Source of the DNA: an uncultured bacterium
GTDB lineage: Bacteria > Fidelibacterota > Marinisomatia > Marinisomatales > UBA1611
DNA length: 64,000 bases
Reading direction: 5' to 3'
Assembly: GCA_965660855.1 (NCBI GenBank)
Contig: CBFIBM010000001.1
Coordinates: 352,798-416,797 of the forward strand
How positions within the stretch are numbered: the stretch's first letter is position 1; each line of letters begins with the position of its first letter. Under the pieces are notes generated by a model. The model searched no databases and was not told where the DNA came from. It worked only from the letters and a program-made list of their open reading frames with translations. A program made the translations under genes and the position numbers. This document shows positions 1 through 9,744 of the stretch, in pieces.

Positions 1-1
1 T

Positions 2-439
2 GGGATTTTAATCCCTGGCTTAAAGTCTAATATACCTGCTATTGATACAAATGAAGACGATATCTTAAAAACATTCAATACAAACACAATGGGAGTATTG
101 CGAGTTACAAAATCCGCAGTTCCATTGATGAAAAAAGAATCTATGGTACTTAATATTTCAAGTGGTATGGGACAGTTAGAAGATATGGGAACTGGTTCTG
201 CTGCTTATCGATTATCGAAAACAGCCTTAAATGCTCTTACTGTGATATTAGCATCTGAACTGAAAGCTAAAAGTATATACGTGAATGCTATTTGCCCCGG
301 TTGGGTTCAAACTGATATGGGCGGAGAAAACGCAGAATTAACTGTGGATGAATCTGTAAGTAAAATTATTAAATTTATTTATTCTGATTCAATCCCTAAT
401 GGTAAGTTTCTCAGAAATGGTAAAATACTACCATGGTAA
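2..439 (+). CDS. SDR family oxidoreductase (5'-truncated by window edge)
   Basis: Frame open from base 2; NISSGMG, catalytic YRLSK (YxxxK), VNAICPGWVQTDMGG. Confidence 0.9.
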   Translation, partial: GILIPGLKSNIPAIDTNEDDILKTFNTNTMGVLRVTKSAVPLMKKESMVLNISSGMGQLEDMGTGSAAYRLSKTALNALTVILASELKAKSIYVNAICPGWVQTDMGGENAELTVDESVSKIIKFIYSDSIPNGKFLRNGKILPW

Positions 440-618
440 TGAATATTTTATATTTTTAGATTATTTCTTATTTTTTCTTAAAAATTAAGTCTTTTAATGT
501 TTTTTTAATTAATTAACACCGTATAAGTTATTTTTCATTAGATTATATTATTAATTTTTATTGATAAAAATGTAATTTGTCAAATTTATTTTTCTAATTT
601 TAAATTAAGAGGTTAATC

Positions 619-2772
619 ATGTTTAATTTAATTAAACTATTTATTGTACTGTTTTCCCTAAATCTTTTCGCAAATACTCTGAATGTTTCAGTGAATGGTA
701 ACAATGAAACTGGTGATGGTTCATTCGATAATCCATACGCTACAATTCAAAAAGGAGTAGATGAAGCCAGTCCAAATGACACAGTTTATGTATTTGACGG
801 AATATATGATGGAGGAATTATCATCAATGATAAACCACTGACCTTGCTTGGGCAATCCAGAGAAGAAACAAAGATTAATATTATTAGAAGTACCCCCCAA
901 ATTTCTATTATAGATGTTCAAGATGACATGGTTAAAATTGCTAATTTTAGGATTAAAAGAGGTAGTTCAGATCGTGGGGGTGGCATCTATTCAAAAAATT
1001 CAAAGGTAATGATCAGTAACAGTGATTTTTCACATAACATTTCTAGTTCAAATGGTGGGGCAATATATGCTGATCGATCAGAAATTGAAATTGATAACTC
1101 TTTATTTTTTCTAAATTCATCAGACTCTCTTGGTGGCTCAATATATGCTCACAAAACAAAATTAGTTCTTCATGACCTAGAATTACGAAATAACAGTGCA
1201 GTGGCAGGTGGTGCTATTGGTTTAGATACTCTATCTCATTGTTTAGTAAATAATTCTGAAATCTTTAATAATGGCGCGAATGTAGGTGGTGGAATTGCCG
1301 TTTTTGATGGTGGTAAGCTTAGTATTCTAAATTCAGATATTTATGGTAATAATGCAAATGCCGTGGGAGGTGTAATTCCACAACACTCTGATCCAGATAA
1401 TTTTCCATTGTATGGGGGTGGTGGCGGTTTATATCAACAGTTCTCTGATAGTTTAATTATTAAAAATTCTAACTTTGATAATAATACGGCACCCACTGGG
1501 ATAGGTGGTGGCCTTGCTATCTATTATAGTAAGGATATTGAATTAGAAAACGTAAATATTAATGGCAATGAATCAGGCGGAGCTGGAGGTGGTATTTGTT
1601 TTTTACGTTCAGATTATATTAATTACAATGGTGGTGTAATTAGAGATAATAGATCAAATTCTAACAGTGGTGGAGGTATCCATTTAGGAACCGAATCTTT
1701 TGATGCTTCAATTATAGTTAATGCTACATTTAGTAGATTAGATTTTATTAATAATTATGCACAGGTTGGAGGTGGTGGTCTAATGTTATGGTCAGCCCGA
1801 GTGAATGTCTACAACTCAACATTCTCTCAAAATGAAGCAAATGATAATGATGGAACCTCTAGTTGGAGCGGTGGTGGTTTATCATCTCACTCCGTAGCTG
1901 AGCCAAATATAATAAATTCTATATTTTATAATAATTATCCCAACTCATTACATCATCCATCTACAACTTCAAACATGAGCGTAAAGTATTCTCTTCTTGA
2001 AGAGTTTCATAGCGGAGTAGAAAATCTTATTGAGATTGATCCTCTATTCAAAGATCCCGAAGGTGGCGATTTTACTCTGCAACCAAATAGCCCATGTATT
2101 GATGCTGGGATGTCTGATTTTGATTATGATGGTATTGATGAAATCAATGATTATTTAGGTTCAGCTCCGGATATGGGTTCTACCGAATTTATGCTCGATC
2201 CCCCATTGGGTTTTAACGGATTTATATTAGATTCATCTGTAGTTCTAACTTGGTTACATATTACAGATCCAGGTTTTCAATACTATAAAATTGAACAATC
2301 GAATGACTCTTTATTTAATGACGAAGTATTAGAGTTATATATCACTGAGAATACACATACCACTGAAAACCTTAATTTTGATTCAACGTATTTTTTCAGA
2401 GTTTCTGCATTTGTTGGATACTGGACAGATTATTCTCCAGTATTAGCTTTTACTCTTGAAACTTTAGAATTGGAAAAGAACATGTTACATGCTCAGGAAT
2501 TTAATGTAAGTCAAAACTTCCCAAATCCATTCAATCCAATTACTTCGATTCAATATACCATACCAGTAAATGGATTTGTAGATATCATTATTTACGATAT
2601 GAAAGGTAGAGTGGTAAAAAACTTAAAGAGTGATTATGAAGTTGCAGGAACCAAATCTATTCGGTGGAATGCAACAGATAACTTCGGTTCGTCTGTTCCT
2701 ACTGGAATGTACATTTATAGTGTCAAAGCTGGACCATTTCTGAAAAATACAAAAATGATTTTACTGAAGTAA
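619..2772 (+). CDS. Secreted right-handed beta-helix (DUF1565/Pmp-like repeat) protein with FN3-like and FlgD/Por-type C-terminal sorting domain
   Basis: Signal peptide; GDGSFDNPYATIQ; repeated GGAI/GGGI; DFTLQPNSPCIDAG; C-terminal NFPNPFNP...KMILLK; GAGG upstream. Confidence 0.8.
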   Translation: MFNLIKLFIVLFSLNLFANTLNVSVNGNNETGDGSFDNPYATIQKGVDEASPNDTVYVFDGIYDGGIIINDKPLTLLGQSREETKINIIRSTPQISIIDVQDDMVKIANFRIKRGSSDRGGGIYSKNSKVMISNSDFSHNISSSNGGAIYADRSEIEIDNSLFFLNSSDSLGGSIYAHKTKLVLHDLELRNNSAVAGGAIGLDTLSHCLVNNSEIFNNGANVGGGIAVFDGGKLSILNSDIYGNNANAVGGVIPQHSDPDNFPLYGGGGGLYQQFSDSLIIKNSNFDNNTAPTGIGGGLAIYYSKDIELENVNINGNESGGAGGGICFLRSDYINYNGGVIRDNRSNSNSGGGIHLGTESFDASIIVNATFSRLDFINNYAQVGGGGLMLWSARVNVYNSTFSQNEANDNDGTSSWSGGGLSSHSVAEPNIINSIFYNNYPNSLHHPSTTSNMSVKYSLLEEFHSGVENLIEIDPLFKDPEGGDFTLQPNSPCIDAGMSDFDYDGIDEINDYLGSAPDMGSTEFMLDPPLGFNGFILDSSVVLTWLHITDPGFQYYKIEQSNDSLFNDEVLELYITENTHTTENLNFDSTYFFRVSAFVGYWTDYSPVLAFTLETLELEKNMLHAQEFNVSQNFPNPFNPITSIQYTIPVNGFVDIIIYDMKGRVVKNLKSDYEVAGTKSIRWNATDNFGSSVPTGMYIYSVKAGPFLKNTKMILLK

Positions 2773-2831
2773 TCATTTGAACTTTTGAGATTAAAAGCAA
2801 TAAAATTTGTATGTTAATGTTTAGACATTCT

Positions 2832-4031
2832 ATGAAGATACTATACAAAATTCCTTATCTTGCATTTTTAATAAGTTTGTTGCAATCTCAGGATGATTAT
2901 AGTTTGGAGGATATTAATACAAACTCAACATCTTACGGAGACTCCATTGGAATTTCTTATTTTGAAAATAATGTAGTTATCCACTATTTTGGTCATTTTT
3001 ATTGAGGGACTTGCACTGCCAGGTTTGGACAGTTAAATAGTCTATACGATGATTTTAAGTCTCAAGGTTTGAACATAGAATTAGTTGGAATTGGTAAAGA
3101 TAGTCATCTTAGTAGTTTAAATAACTGGATAAGCGGAAACTCTGCACCTATTGTTGCAGATGAGAGCCCATTCAATGTTTGGAATAATTGGAACGCAGGA
3201 CAAAGAGAAATGTTTATTACGGACTTAAGCGGTAATATTGTTTTTCAAGAAAATATAACAAGTGGTATTCCGGATACTCTTGAAGGATTTTTGTTAGATT
3301 TATTATCATATAATAGTCCAAGCCTTTGTGAGTTAGGTGATGTGTATGTTTCAGAAGCTCATAACTCTGGAGACCCTGAAGATTATATTGAAATCTATAA
3401 CTCAACTAATGAGGATTGTTCTCTTGAAGGATTTCAACTGGATGATTCAAGTTTATTAGATGATTTTACATTTGGAGAAGTTATTCTTTCTGCAGGTGGA
3501 TACTGGGTTGGATACGAAGATGACGATGATAGTTTTAGTTCGGGATTAAGTTCAGACGGTGATTCAGTTGTCTTTGCTGACCCTTCTGGTAATTATATAG
3601 TGAATATCTTAGGACCATCAGAAGAATTCGAAGGGACTTCTTTGACTCACAATTTTTCATCTGATGGAGAGGCTTGTTATTCATTACCATCTCCGGGGTT
3701 GGATAATGAAGAGTGTATTGTTTTAAAAGTAGATAATAATAGCCATTTAATTAGCACCTTTACATTATTTAATAATTACCCTAATCCATTTAATCCTAAG
3801 ACTACATTTCAATTTAGTTTGGAATATAAAAATTATATAAACATTAATATTATTAACCTTAAAGGCCATGAGGTAAAAAAAATATTAAGTAAAAAAATGG
3901 AACCTGGTATATATTCCATTACATGGAATGCAACAGATAATAACAATGTCATAGTCCCTTCTGGAGTTTATTTTTATAAAGTTCAATCAGGAGCCTTCCA
4001 TAAAACAAAAAAAATGATATTAATAAAATAG
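2832..4031 (+). CDS. Putative selenoprotein: thioredoxin/AhpC-like UxxC domain + lamin-tail domain + C-terminal sorting domain (joins ORFs 2811-3005 and 3069-4031)
   Basis: TGA at 3003-3005 is in frame with the downstream ORF, with no other stop; reads HYFGHFY-U-GTCTARFGQLNSLYDDFKSQGLNIELVGIG; hairpin follows; LTD motif VSEAH..DYIEIYN; NYPNPFNP. Confidence 0.8.
3007..3043 (+). promoter_or_regulatory. Candidate bacterial SECIS element
   Basis: Upper stem ACTG-CCA/TGG-(A)-CAGT with GGTT loop starting 16 nt after TGA; lower stem GGACT/AGTCT. Confidence 0.7.
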
Positions 4032-4045
4032 CATAAAGGTTTTAC

Positions 4046-4318
4046 ATGAATAAATTATACATGCAGACGATTTTAATTCTAATATTTATGACATTTTCTT
4101 TATCATGCGGCTCTCTTAATAAAGCTCATGGTGAATTGCATTACAACAATAACATATCAAAAGGTCAAGAACTCATTGATTTAAAAAAAGCTTTGGATGA
4201 AGGTGCTATTTCTAAAGATGAATTCGAATTAATGAAGGAAAAAGTGATAGATAATGAATACACAAAAGAAATTATTGATACTTCGAAGAATGGTATAAAA
4301 ACTAAAATAGTTATTTAG
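4046..4318 (+). CDS. SHOCT-domain small lipoprotein
   Basis: Lipobox-like SLSC; GQELIDLKKALDEGAISKDEFELMKEKV. Confidence 0.75.
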   Translation: MNKLYMQTILILIFMTFSLSCGSLNKAHGELHYNNNISKGQELIDLKKALDEGAISKDEFELMKEKVIDNEYTKEIIDTSKNGIKTKIVI

Positions 4319-4324
4319 GTAAAT

Positions 4325-5110
4325 ATGATATCGATTAGATGTATCCTAATCTTAGTTATTTTTACAAAACTTCTATTCTCATCAAAAATTATTTATCAAG
4401 ATTGTAATGAACCATTAGAGCCTCCTTACCATGGAACTATTTTTTTAGATCCAAATATCATCACAAAATTTGACAAGTCCTCTTTCGAGAAGATTGAGTA
4501 TGTGGGTAAAGAAGAAAGAGTTATGTTTGATCGGAGATACGATGATTGGATAACCGTAGTACCCTTCATTTTTATAGCATCTTTTTCTGATAATTTAATT
4601 ATTGAAGTCCAAGTTAATCCAGAATTTATTACAGTTAAAGATGCGAAAAATATAGCTTCAAAATATTGTATGCCTGTAGGACAACTACCAACTTCTTTAA
4701 GGTTGGAAGTTAAAACCATGTGGATACATCGAGGAATGAAGGCGTTTGGTGGTGGAAATCAAAATATTTTGATACATACAGATTGGTCTGAAATGCATTA
4801 TGAAGATCAAGGAATTCTTGAGGAAACTCTTTTTCATGAAGCGACACATACTTCATTAGACGGCCTTTTTTCAGAGGATGAAAATTGGATCAATGCCCAA
4901 GAAAAAGATTGTAACTTTATTTCAACCTATGCTTTAGAAAATCCTGAAAGAGAGGATATTGCGGAAAGCTTTTTACCATTTTTTGTAATAAAATTCTTCC
5001 CAAATCGTATACCAGCCTCCATGAACAAAACAATCCTTGAAACTATACCAGCAAGAATAAAATATTTTGATGATAAAGTTTTAGATTATTTTCCGTTAAT
5101 AATTGAATGA
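4325..5110 (+). CDS. Secreted hypothetical protein, probable zinc metallopeptidase
   Basis: Signal peptide; FHEATH (HExxH) and downstream FISTYA..EDIAESF. Confidence 0.6.
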   Translation: MISIRCILILVIFTKLLFSSKIIYQDCNEPLEPPYHGTIFLDPNIITKFDKSSFEKIEYVGKEERVMFDRRYDDWITVVPFIFIASFSDNLIIEVQVNPEFITVKDAKNIASKYCMPVGQLPTSLRLEVKTMWIHRGMKAFGGGNQNILIHTDWSEMHYEDQGILEETLFHEATHTSLDGLFSEDENWINAQEKDCNFISTYALENPEREDIAESFLPFFVIKFFPNRIPASMNKTILETIPARIKYFDDKVLDYFPLIIE

Positions 5111-5847
5111 AATTTCATCTATTTCTATTTTTAAACCTTATTTCAATACATAATTCTCATGCTATTAATGTTCATGTTTATGATAAAGAATCACAAAAAC
5201 CTATAGAGAGTGTAAACATATTTTCTGATCATAAAGGAGTTACAACAAATTTCAATGGTTTTTGTAACTTGGGAATTTTTAATGATGATGAAATAATAAA
5301 TTTTTCATCAATCGGTTATAAACTTTTAAAAATTAAAAAGATAAATGTTTATGAAAATATTTATCTGGAAAGAGAAAATCTTTTATTGGATATGGTTCAT
5401 GTGGTATCATTAAGTAAAGATGAAAAAAGAAAATATAATAGACTTGAATCAGATCTTAGAATTGTTCTCCCATATGCAAAAATGACTGCTAAACTAATAA
5501 AAGAGTATGAACCTGACCTTCTTAAGATAAATGAATATGTTTTTTATAAAAAATATTTTGGAAAAAAAAAGATTTTTAAAGCAATTGAGGATGATCTAAT
5601 TAAAACTTATGGAAATAAGATTCGTAAATTAAAAAGAAGACAAGGGAGGCTATTAATCAAATTGATAGATAGAGAAACTAATAAAACATCTTTCACAATC
5701 ATTAAAGAATTTAGAAATATTTTAACAGCAAGTTTTTGGCAATTAACAGCTAAAATTTTTGGACATAATTTAAAATCTTCTTATGATCCCAAAATTGGAA
5801 ATAACATTTATATTGAATACCTTATAAATAAGATAGAAAAAAGTTGA
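5107..5847 (+). CDS. DUF4294-like protein with N-terminal carboxypeptidase-regulatory-like domain
   Basis: VYDKESQKPIESVNI..TTNFNG..FSSIGY; QGRLLIKLIDRET..FWQLTAKIFGHNLKSSYDP. Confidence 0.7.
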   Translation: MKFHLFLFLNLISIHNSHAINVHVYDKESQKPIESVNIFSDHKGVTTNFNGFCNLGIFNDDEIINFSSIGYKLLKIKKINVYENIYLERENLLLDMVHVVSLSKDEKRKYNRLESDLRIVLPYAKMTAKLIKEYEPDLLKINEYVFYKKYFGKKKIFKAIEDDLIKTYGNKIRKLKRRQGRLLIKLIDRETNKTSFTIIKEFRNILTASFWQLTAKIFGHNLKSSYDPKIGNNIYIEYLINKIEKS

Positions 5848-6416
5848 AATTATTAATTTCATTTAAAATATTATTATTTAGTTATGCTTTTCTCTCAACC
5901 ACCATAAATGGAGAAAAAAATAATATACTTATTTACGATTTTCAAACTTCTAAACCTTCCAGGGATTGGTATATAGTCAATGATAATGTAATGGGAGGAT
6001 ATTCTAAAGGTTCTGTTTTAAAAAATAAAGATGGTAACGGAATTTTTACTGGAAAAATATCTCTTTACAATAATGGAGGTTTTAGTTCTGTAAGGTATAA
6101 TTTTGAAAAAATAGAAGTTTCTTCACTTGATACTTTAATTTTTCATGTAAATGGAGATAATAATTATTATCAAATTCGAACCAAACATTCTTTTTATGAT
6201 AGACATGTATATACTAAAAAAACATTTATAAAAAAAGGATGGCATTTTGTAAAAGTTCCTTTAAATGAGATGAATGCTTCTTTTAGAGGTAGAAGGTTAC
6301 GAATGAATAATTTTGATAAATCTCAAATTATAGAAATAGGAATTTTATTTGGAAATAAAGTCCAAGAGAGTTTTAATTTAGAAATTGAATTTATTCGTCT
6401 AGGTAAATATAAATGA
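5844..6416 (+). CDS. CIA30 family protein
   Basis: WYIVNDNVMGGYS; SLYNNGGFSSVR; FRGR. Confidence 0.9.
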   Translation: MKLLISFKILLFSYAFLSTTINGEKNNILIYDFQTSKPSRDWYIVNDNVMGGYSKGSVLKNKDGNGIFTGKISLYNNGGFSSVRYNFEKIEVSSLDTLIFHVNGDNNYYQIRTKHSFYDRHVYTKKTFIKKGWHFVKVPLNEMNASFRGRRLRMNNFDKSQIIEIGILFGNKVQESFNLEIEFIRLGKYK

Positions 6417-6560
6417 AGTTAAAATATGTTATTTGATTCCTTGAAAATATTTCTTAAGTGTATTGATTGAGTAGTAATGGAGTAGATAAACTATTTGAAC
6501 TTTTGTTAAATTCAATGTAAGATTATCTATCTTATTAAAATTTTAGAAAAAAGGGTATAA

Positions 6561-7517
6561 ATGAAAGTTAAAATATCATTTTTAATAATTGTTTTTTTTG
6601 CACTTAATTGTGCTGGTGATAAAACAAATAAAAAAGAAAGTGAAACTATAAATCAATTAAAAAATGATGAATCTCAAAAGGTGAAAGATGAAAAAAATGC
6701 TGCGCAACTAAAAGCTGAAAAAGATGCCGAAGCTAAAAAAATAGCGAAGCTAAAGGCTAAAAAAGAAGCGGATGCCAAAAAAAGTGCAGAGCGTAAAGTT
6801 AAAAAATTAGCTGAAGAAAAAAGACTTAGAGAATTAAAAGCTAAGAAAGATGCTGAAGCTAAAAAGTTAGCTGATTTAAAAGCCAAAGAAAAAGCAGAGG
6901 CTCAAAGGCTAGCTATTGAACAGTTAGCTAAAGAAGAAGCCAAACGTTTAGCAGAGAAAGAAGCCTTAAAAATTGCAGAACAATTATTAAAAGAAGCTGA
7001 AGCCAAAAAGCTTGCAGAGAGAGATCTTTCCAAACAGGTTGGTGAAATAAATTCTCAAGGTGAAAGAGATGGTAGTTGGGTTTTTTATAATAAAGAAGGT
7101 AAAAAAGAAAAAGAAATTAAATATGATAATGGGCAGGACACCCTATGGGTCTATTTTAATGATAAAGGACTAAAAGAACGTGAGGGGAAAAAAGTAGATG
7201 GAAAGGAAGAAGGAAGTTGGACTTTCTACAATGAAAAAGGGATAAAAGAAAGAGTCTCTGAACATAAATCAGGGAAAGAAGATGGTATTTATTCTTTGTG
7301 GCATGAAAATGGTCAAAAGAAAGAAGAAGGACCATATAAAGGTGAGACAAGAATTGGTGAGTGGACTTGGTGGTATGAAAATGGAACTAAATGGCAAGAA
7401 GGAAGTTATCTTAATGGTCAAAGAAATGGTACTTGGAAAACTTGGAAAAGAAATGGAAAGCGGTGGAAGGATGAAACATTTGATAATGGTGAATTTGTCA
7501 GTCGAAAAAAATATTAA
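6561..7517 (+). CDS. Lipoprotein with TolA-like Ala/Lys/Glu helical stalk and C-terminal MORN-variant repeats
   Basis: ALNC lipobox; KAKKEADAKK repeats; GxWxxY/WxENG repeats. Confidence 0.7.
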   Translation: MKVKISFLIIVFFALNCAGDKTNKKESETINQLKNDESQKVKDEKNAAQLKAEKDAEAKKIAKLKAKKEADAKKSAERKVKKLAEEKRLRELKAKKDAEAKKLADLKAKEKAEAQRLAIEQLAKEEAKRLAEKEALKIAEQLLKEAEAKKLAERDLSKQVGEINSQGERDGSWVFYNKEGKKEKEIKYDNGQDTLWVYFNDKGLKEREGKKVDGKEEGSWTFYNEKGIKERVSEHKSGKEDGIYSLWHENGQKKEEGPYKGETRIGEWTWWYENGTKWQEGSYLNGQRNGTWKTWKRNGKRWKDETFDNGEFVSRKKY

Positions 7518-7565
7518 TAAAACCTATTAAAATAATTTTCTTATCTAAGTTTGGTAAATTAGAGA

Positions 7566-8042
7566 ATGGATACGTTTAGCCATGCCTTGTGGGGGAAAGG
7601 CTTATTTGGATATCGTGGTTATGGAAAATCTGCCATATTTTTTGGTGCAATGCCAGACCTATCTTCATTTGGCTTATTATTTATTGTAAACTTGATCACG
7701 AGAAGTAACCAAGAATTTGGACCTCCTAAAATAAAAGATATCCCTGATTGGGTTTTTTTAAATTATGATGTAACACATAGTTTTGTTATTGCATTTGGGT
7801 GTTTGTTTTTTACTTATTTTATTAATAAAAGTTTTGCTTTTGCCATGTTAGCATGGCCGTTTCACATTTTATTAGACTTCCCATTTCATTCTAAAGCATA
7901 TTTTCCAACAAAATTATTTTACCCTTTAACCAGTTTTTCTTTTGATGGCATTCCTTGGTCAAATCCAGAGGTGTGGTTCCCTAATATATCAGGGATAATA
8001 ATTTTATTTATTTACAGATATAAATCAAACATTAGTGAATAA
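7566..8042 (+). CDS. Membrane-bound metal-dependent hydrolase (YdjM-like)
   Basis: MDTFSH, GAMPDL, THS, HILLDFPFH motifs; hydrophobic. Confidence 0.7.
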   Translation: MDTFSHALWGKGLFGYRGYGKSAIFFGAMPDLSSFGLLFIVNLITRSNQEFGPPKIKDIPDWVFLNYDVTHSFVIAFGCLFFTYFINKSFAFAMLAWPFHILLDFPFHSKAYFPTKLFYPLTSFSFDGIPWSNPEVWFPNISGIIILFIYRYKSNISE

Positions 8043-8145
8043 TAATTCTTAAAAAATAAAACTTTATTAAAGTAACTTAAGTGAGGAATAATTAACATAA
8101 TCTATCAGACATACTATGCGTTCACTTAATTAGGAAAAATAGCCT

Positions 8146-8850
8146 TTGAACAATCTGAAAAACGATAATATTTATTTAAATAAAAAGGAACATATATACA
8201 CGTTAAGATCAAATCCTTCTATTCAATTTACTAGTGTTACAACTTTTGTTGATAAATTTTTTGAAAAATTTGACTCAAAAAAAATTGCTAAAAAACTAGT
8301 TGAAACACACCCTAAATATTCAAACTTAACAATCGAAGAATTAATTAAAGAATGGAAAGATGCTGCTGACCATGGAACTTTTGTTCATGAGGAAATTGAA
8401 AGTTGGATCAATGATGAGAAAATTCCTTCAGAAAATAAATCGAAATATGGAATTAGGTGGCTGCATCAATATAAGAAAAAATCTAATTTGGAGATATTTC
8501 CTGAGATCATTATATATAGCGAGGAACTTAAAATTTCTGGCACAGTAGATATACTTGCCTTAAATAAATATTCAGGTAAATATGATATTATTGATTGGAA
8601 AACATCAAAAAAGATAAACAAGAGGTCATTCAATCGTAAAATGGGTATAAAAGCGTCTACTTATAATATTATGGATTGTAATTTTAGTCATTATTCTCTT
8701 CAATTATCGATGTACAGGTATTTACTTGAGAGATATTATGGCTTGGAAGTTGATAATCAATATATTGTACAATTAAAAGAAGACTCTGCTATTCCATTTT
8801 CCACGCCTTATATGAAAGAAGATATTATACGGATGCTTGGTGATAACTAA
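8146..8850 (+). CDS. PD-(D/E)XK nuclease family protein
   Basis: SVTT, GTFVHEEIE, SGTVD, IIDWKTS, YSLQLSMYRYLL. Confidence 0.85.
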   Translation: MNNLKNDNIYLNKKEHIYTLRSNPSIQFTSVTTFVDKFFEKFDSKKIAKKLVETHPKYSNLTIEELIKEWKDAADHGTFVHEEIESWINDEKIPSENKSKYGIRWLHQYKKKSNLEIFPEIIIYSEELKISGTVDILALNKYSGKYDIIDWKTSKKINKRSFNRKMGIKASTYNIMDCNFSHYSLQLSMYRYLLERYYGLEVDNQYIVQLKEDSAIPFSTPYMKEDIIRMLGDN

Positions 8851-9711
8851 ATGTCCTACATTAAAAAAATTAAAAAAGAAAATAATAACATTATACTTTA
8901 CAAGTGCCCAGAGCCTGTTGCTGAACTATTAATACCATCAGGAGAAACTCTTCTCTTAGCTTTTTTAGACGTAGAAACAACTGGACTTAATTACCAAGTT
9001 GATGAGATAATTGAGCTGGCTGTAAAAGTAATATCAATTGAAAAAAATACTGGTAGTATAATTAATATAGTAAACTCATATGAGTCATTTAATGAATCTA
9101 TTAAGCCGATTGATGAGAAAATTACAAAAATAACAGGTATTAATAAAAAAATGGTTCAAGGGAAAGAAATAGATTGGAATAATGTTGAAGAAATTCTTAA
9201 AGATGTTGATGTTATAATTTCTCATAATGCTTCATTTGATAAACCTTTTATTGATTCAAACTTAGAGTTATCAAAAAATAAATTATGGGCTTGTTCTATG
9301 AAAGATATTGATTGGATGGAGAAAGGGTTTGTTAGTTCCAAACAAGAAATGCTATGTCTATGGCATGGATTTTACTTCGATGCACATCGCGCGATGAATG
9401 ATGTAGATGCTTTAATCCATCTTATAACACATCCGTTTTACGAAAATAATAAACCTATTATCGAATTATATAATAATTCAAAAATTGTACAGTATAATGT
9501 ATGGGTTACTAATTTCCCATATAATGCTGAGAAAAAAGATAAAATTAAATCCAATGGCTATTTCTGGAATAATGAAAAAAAACTATGGTTCAAGAGAGTG
9601 TCTAAAGAAGAATTGGAAAAAGAAAAGCAATATCTAATAAAAATTATTTATTTTGACACTTTTGATGGATTTATTGAAGCAATAGACCCAAAAGATAAAT
9701 ATAAATCTTAA
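8851..9711 (+). CDS. DEDDh 3'-5' exonuclease (DNA polymerase III epsilon-like)
   Basis: DVETTGL, SHNASFD, AHRAMND; C-terminal YFWNNEKKLW domain. Confidence 0.9.
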   Translation: MSYIKKIKKENNNIILYKCPEPVAELLIPSGETLLLAFLDVETTGLNYQVDEIIELAVKVISIEKNTGSIINIVNSYESFNESIKPIDEKITKITGINKKMVQGKEIDWNNVEEILKDVDVIISHNASFDKPFIDSNLELSKNKLWACSMKDIDWMEKGFVSSKQEMLCLWHGFYFDAHRAMNDVDALIHLITHPFYENNKPIIELYNNSKIVQYNVWVTNFPYNAEKKDKIKSNGYFWNNEKKLWFKRVSKEELEKEKQYLIKIIYFDTFDGFIEAIDPKDKYKS

Positions 9712-9744
9712 AATTTTTTACAACATAGTACCCGAAAAGAGAGT

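Noticed and set aside
3003..3005. Genome-wide UGA reassignment (Trp/Gly) as the explanation for the in-frame TGA
   Set aside because: TGA ends full-length conserved genes here (pheS, pheT, prolyl oligopeptidase), and Trp is encoded by TGG
6408..6576. Near-identical TATAAATGA(A)AGTTAAAATAT at 6408 and 6556
   Set aside because: Only two copies of very AT-rich sequence; not an array and plausible by chance
6561..7517. YwqK-type antitoxin / toxin-antitoxin module
   Set aside because: MORN-variant repeats are generic and no toxin gene is adjacent
8077..8129. Inverted repeat TTAAGTGA/TCACTTAA upstream of the nuclease
   Set aside because: Only 8 AT-rich bp with a long spacer; no recognisable operator or riboswitch
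8146..8850. Cas4/CRISPR or prophage interpretation of the PD-(D/E)XK nuclease
   Set aside because: No Fe-S cysteine cluster, cas genes, repeat-spacer array, integrase or phage structural genes in the window
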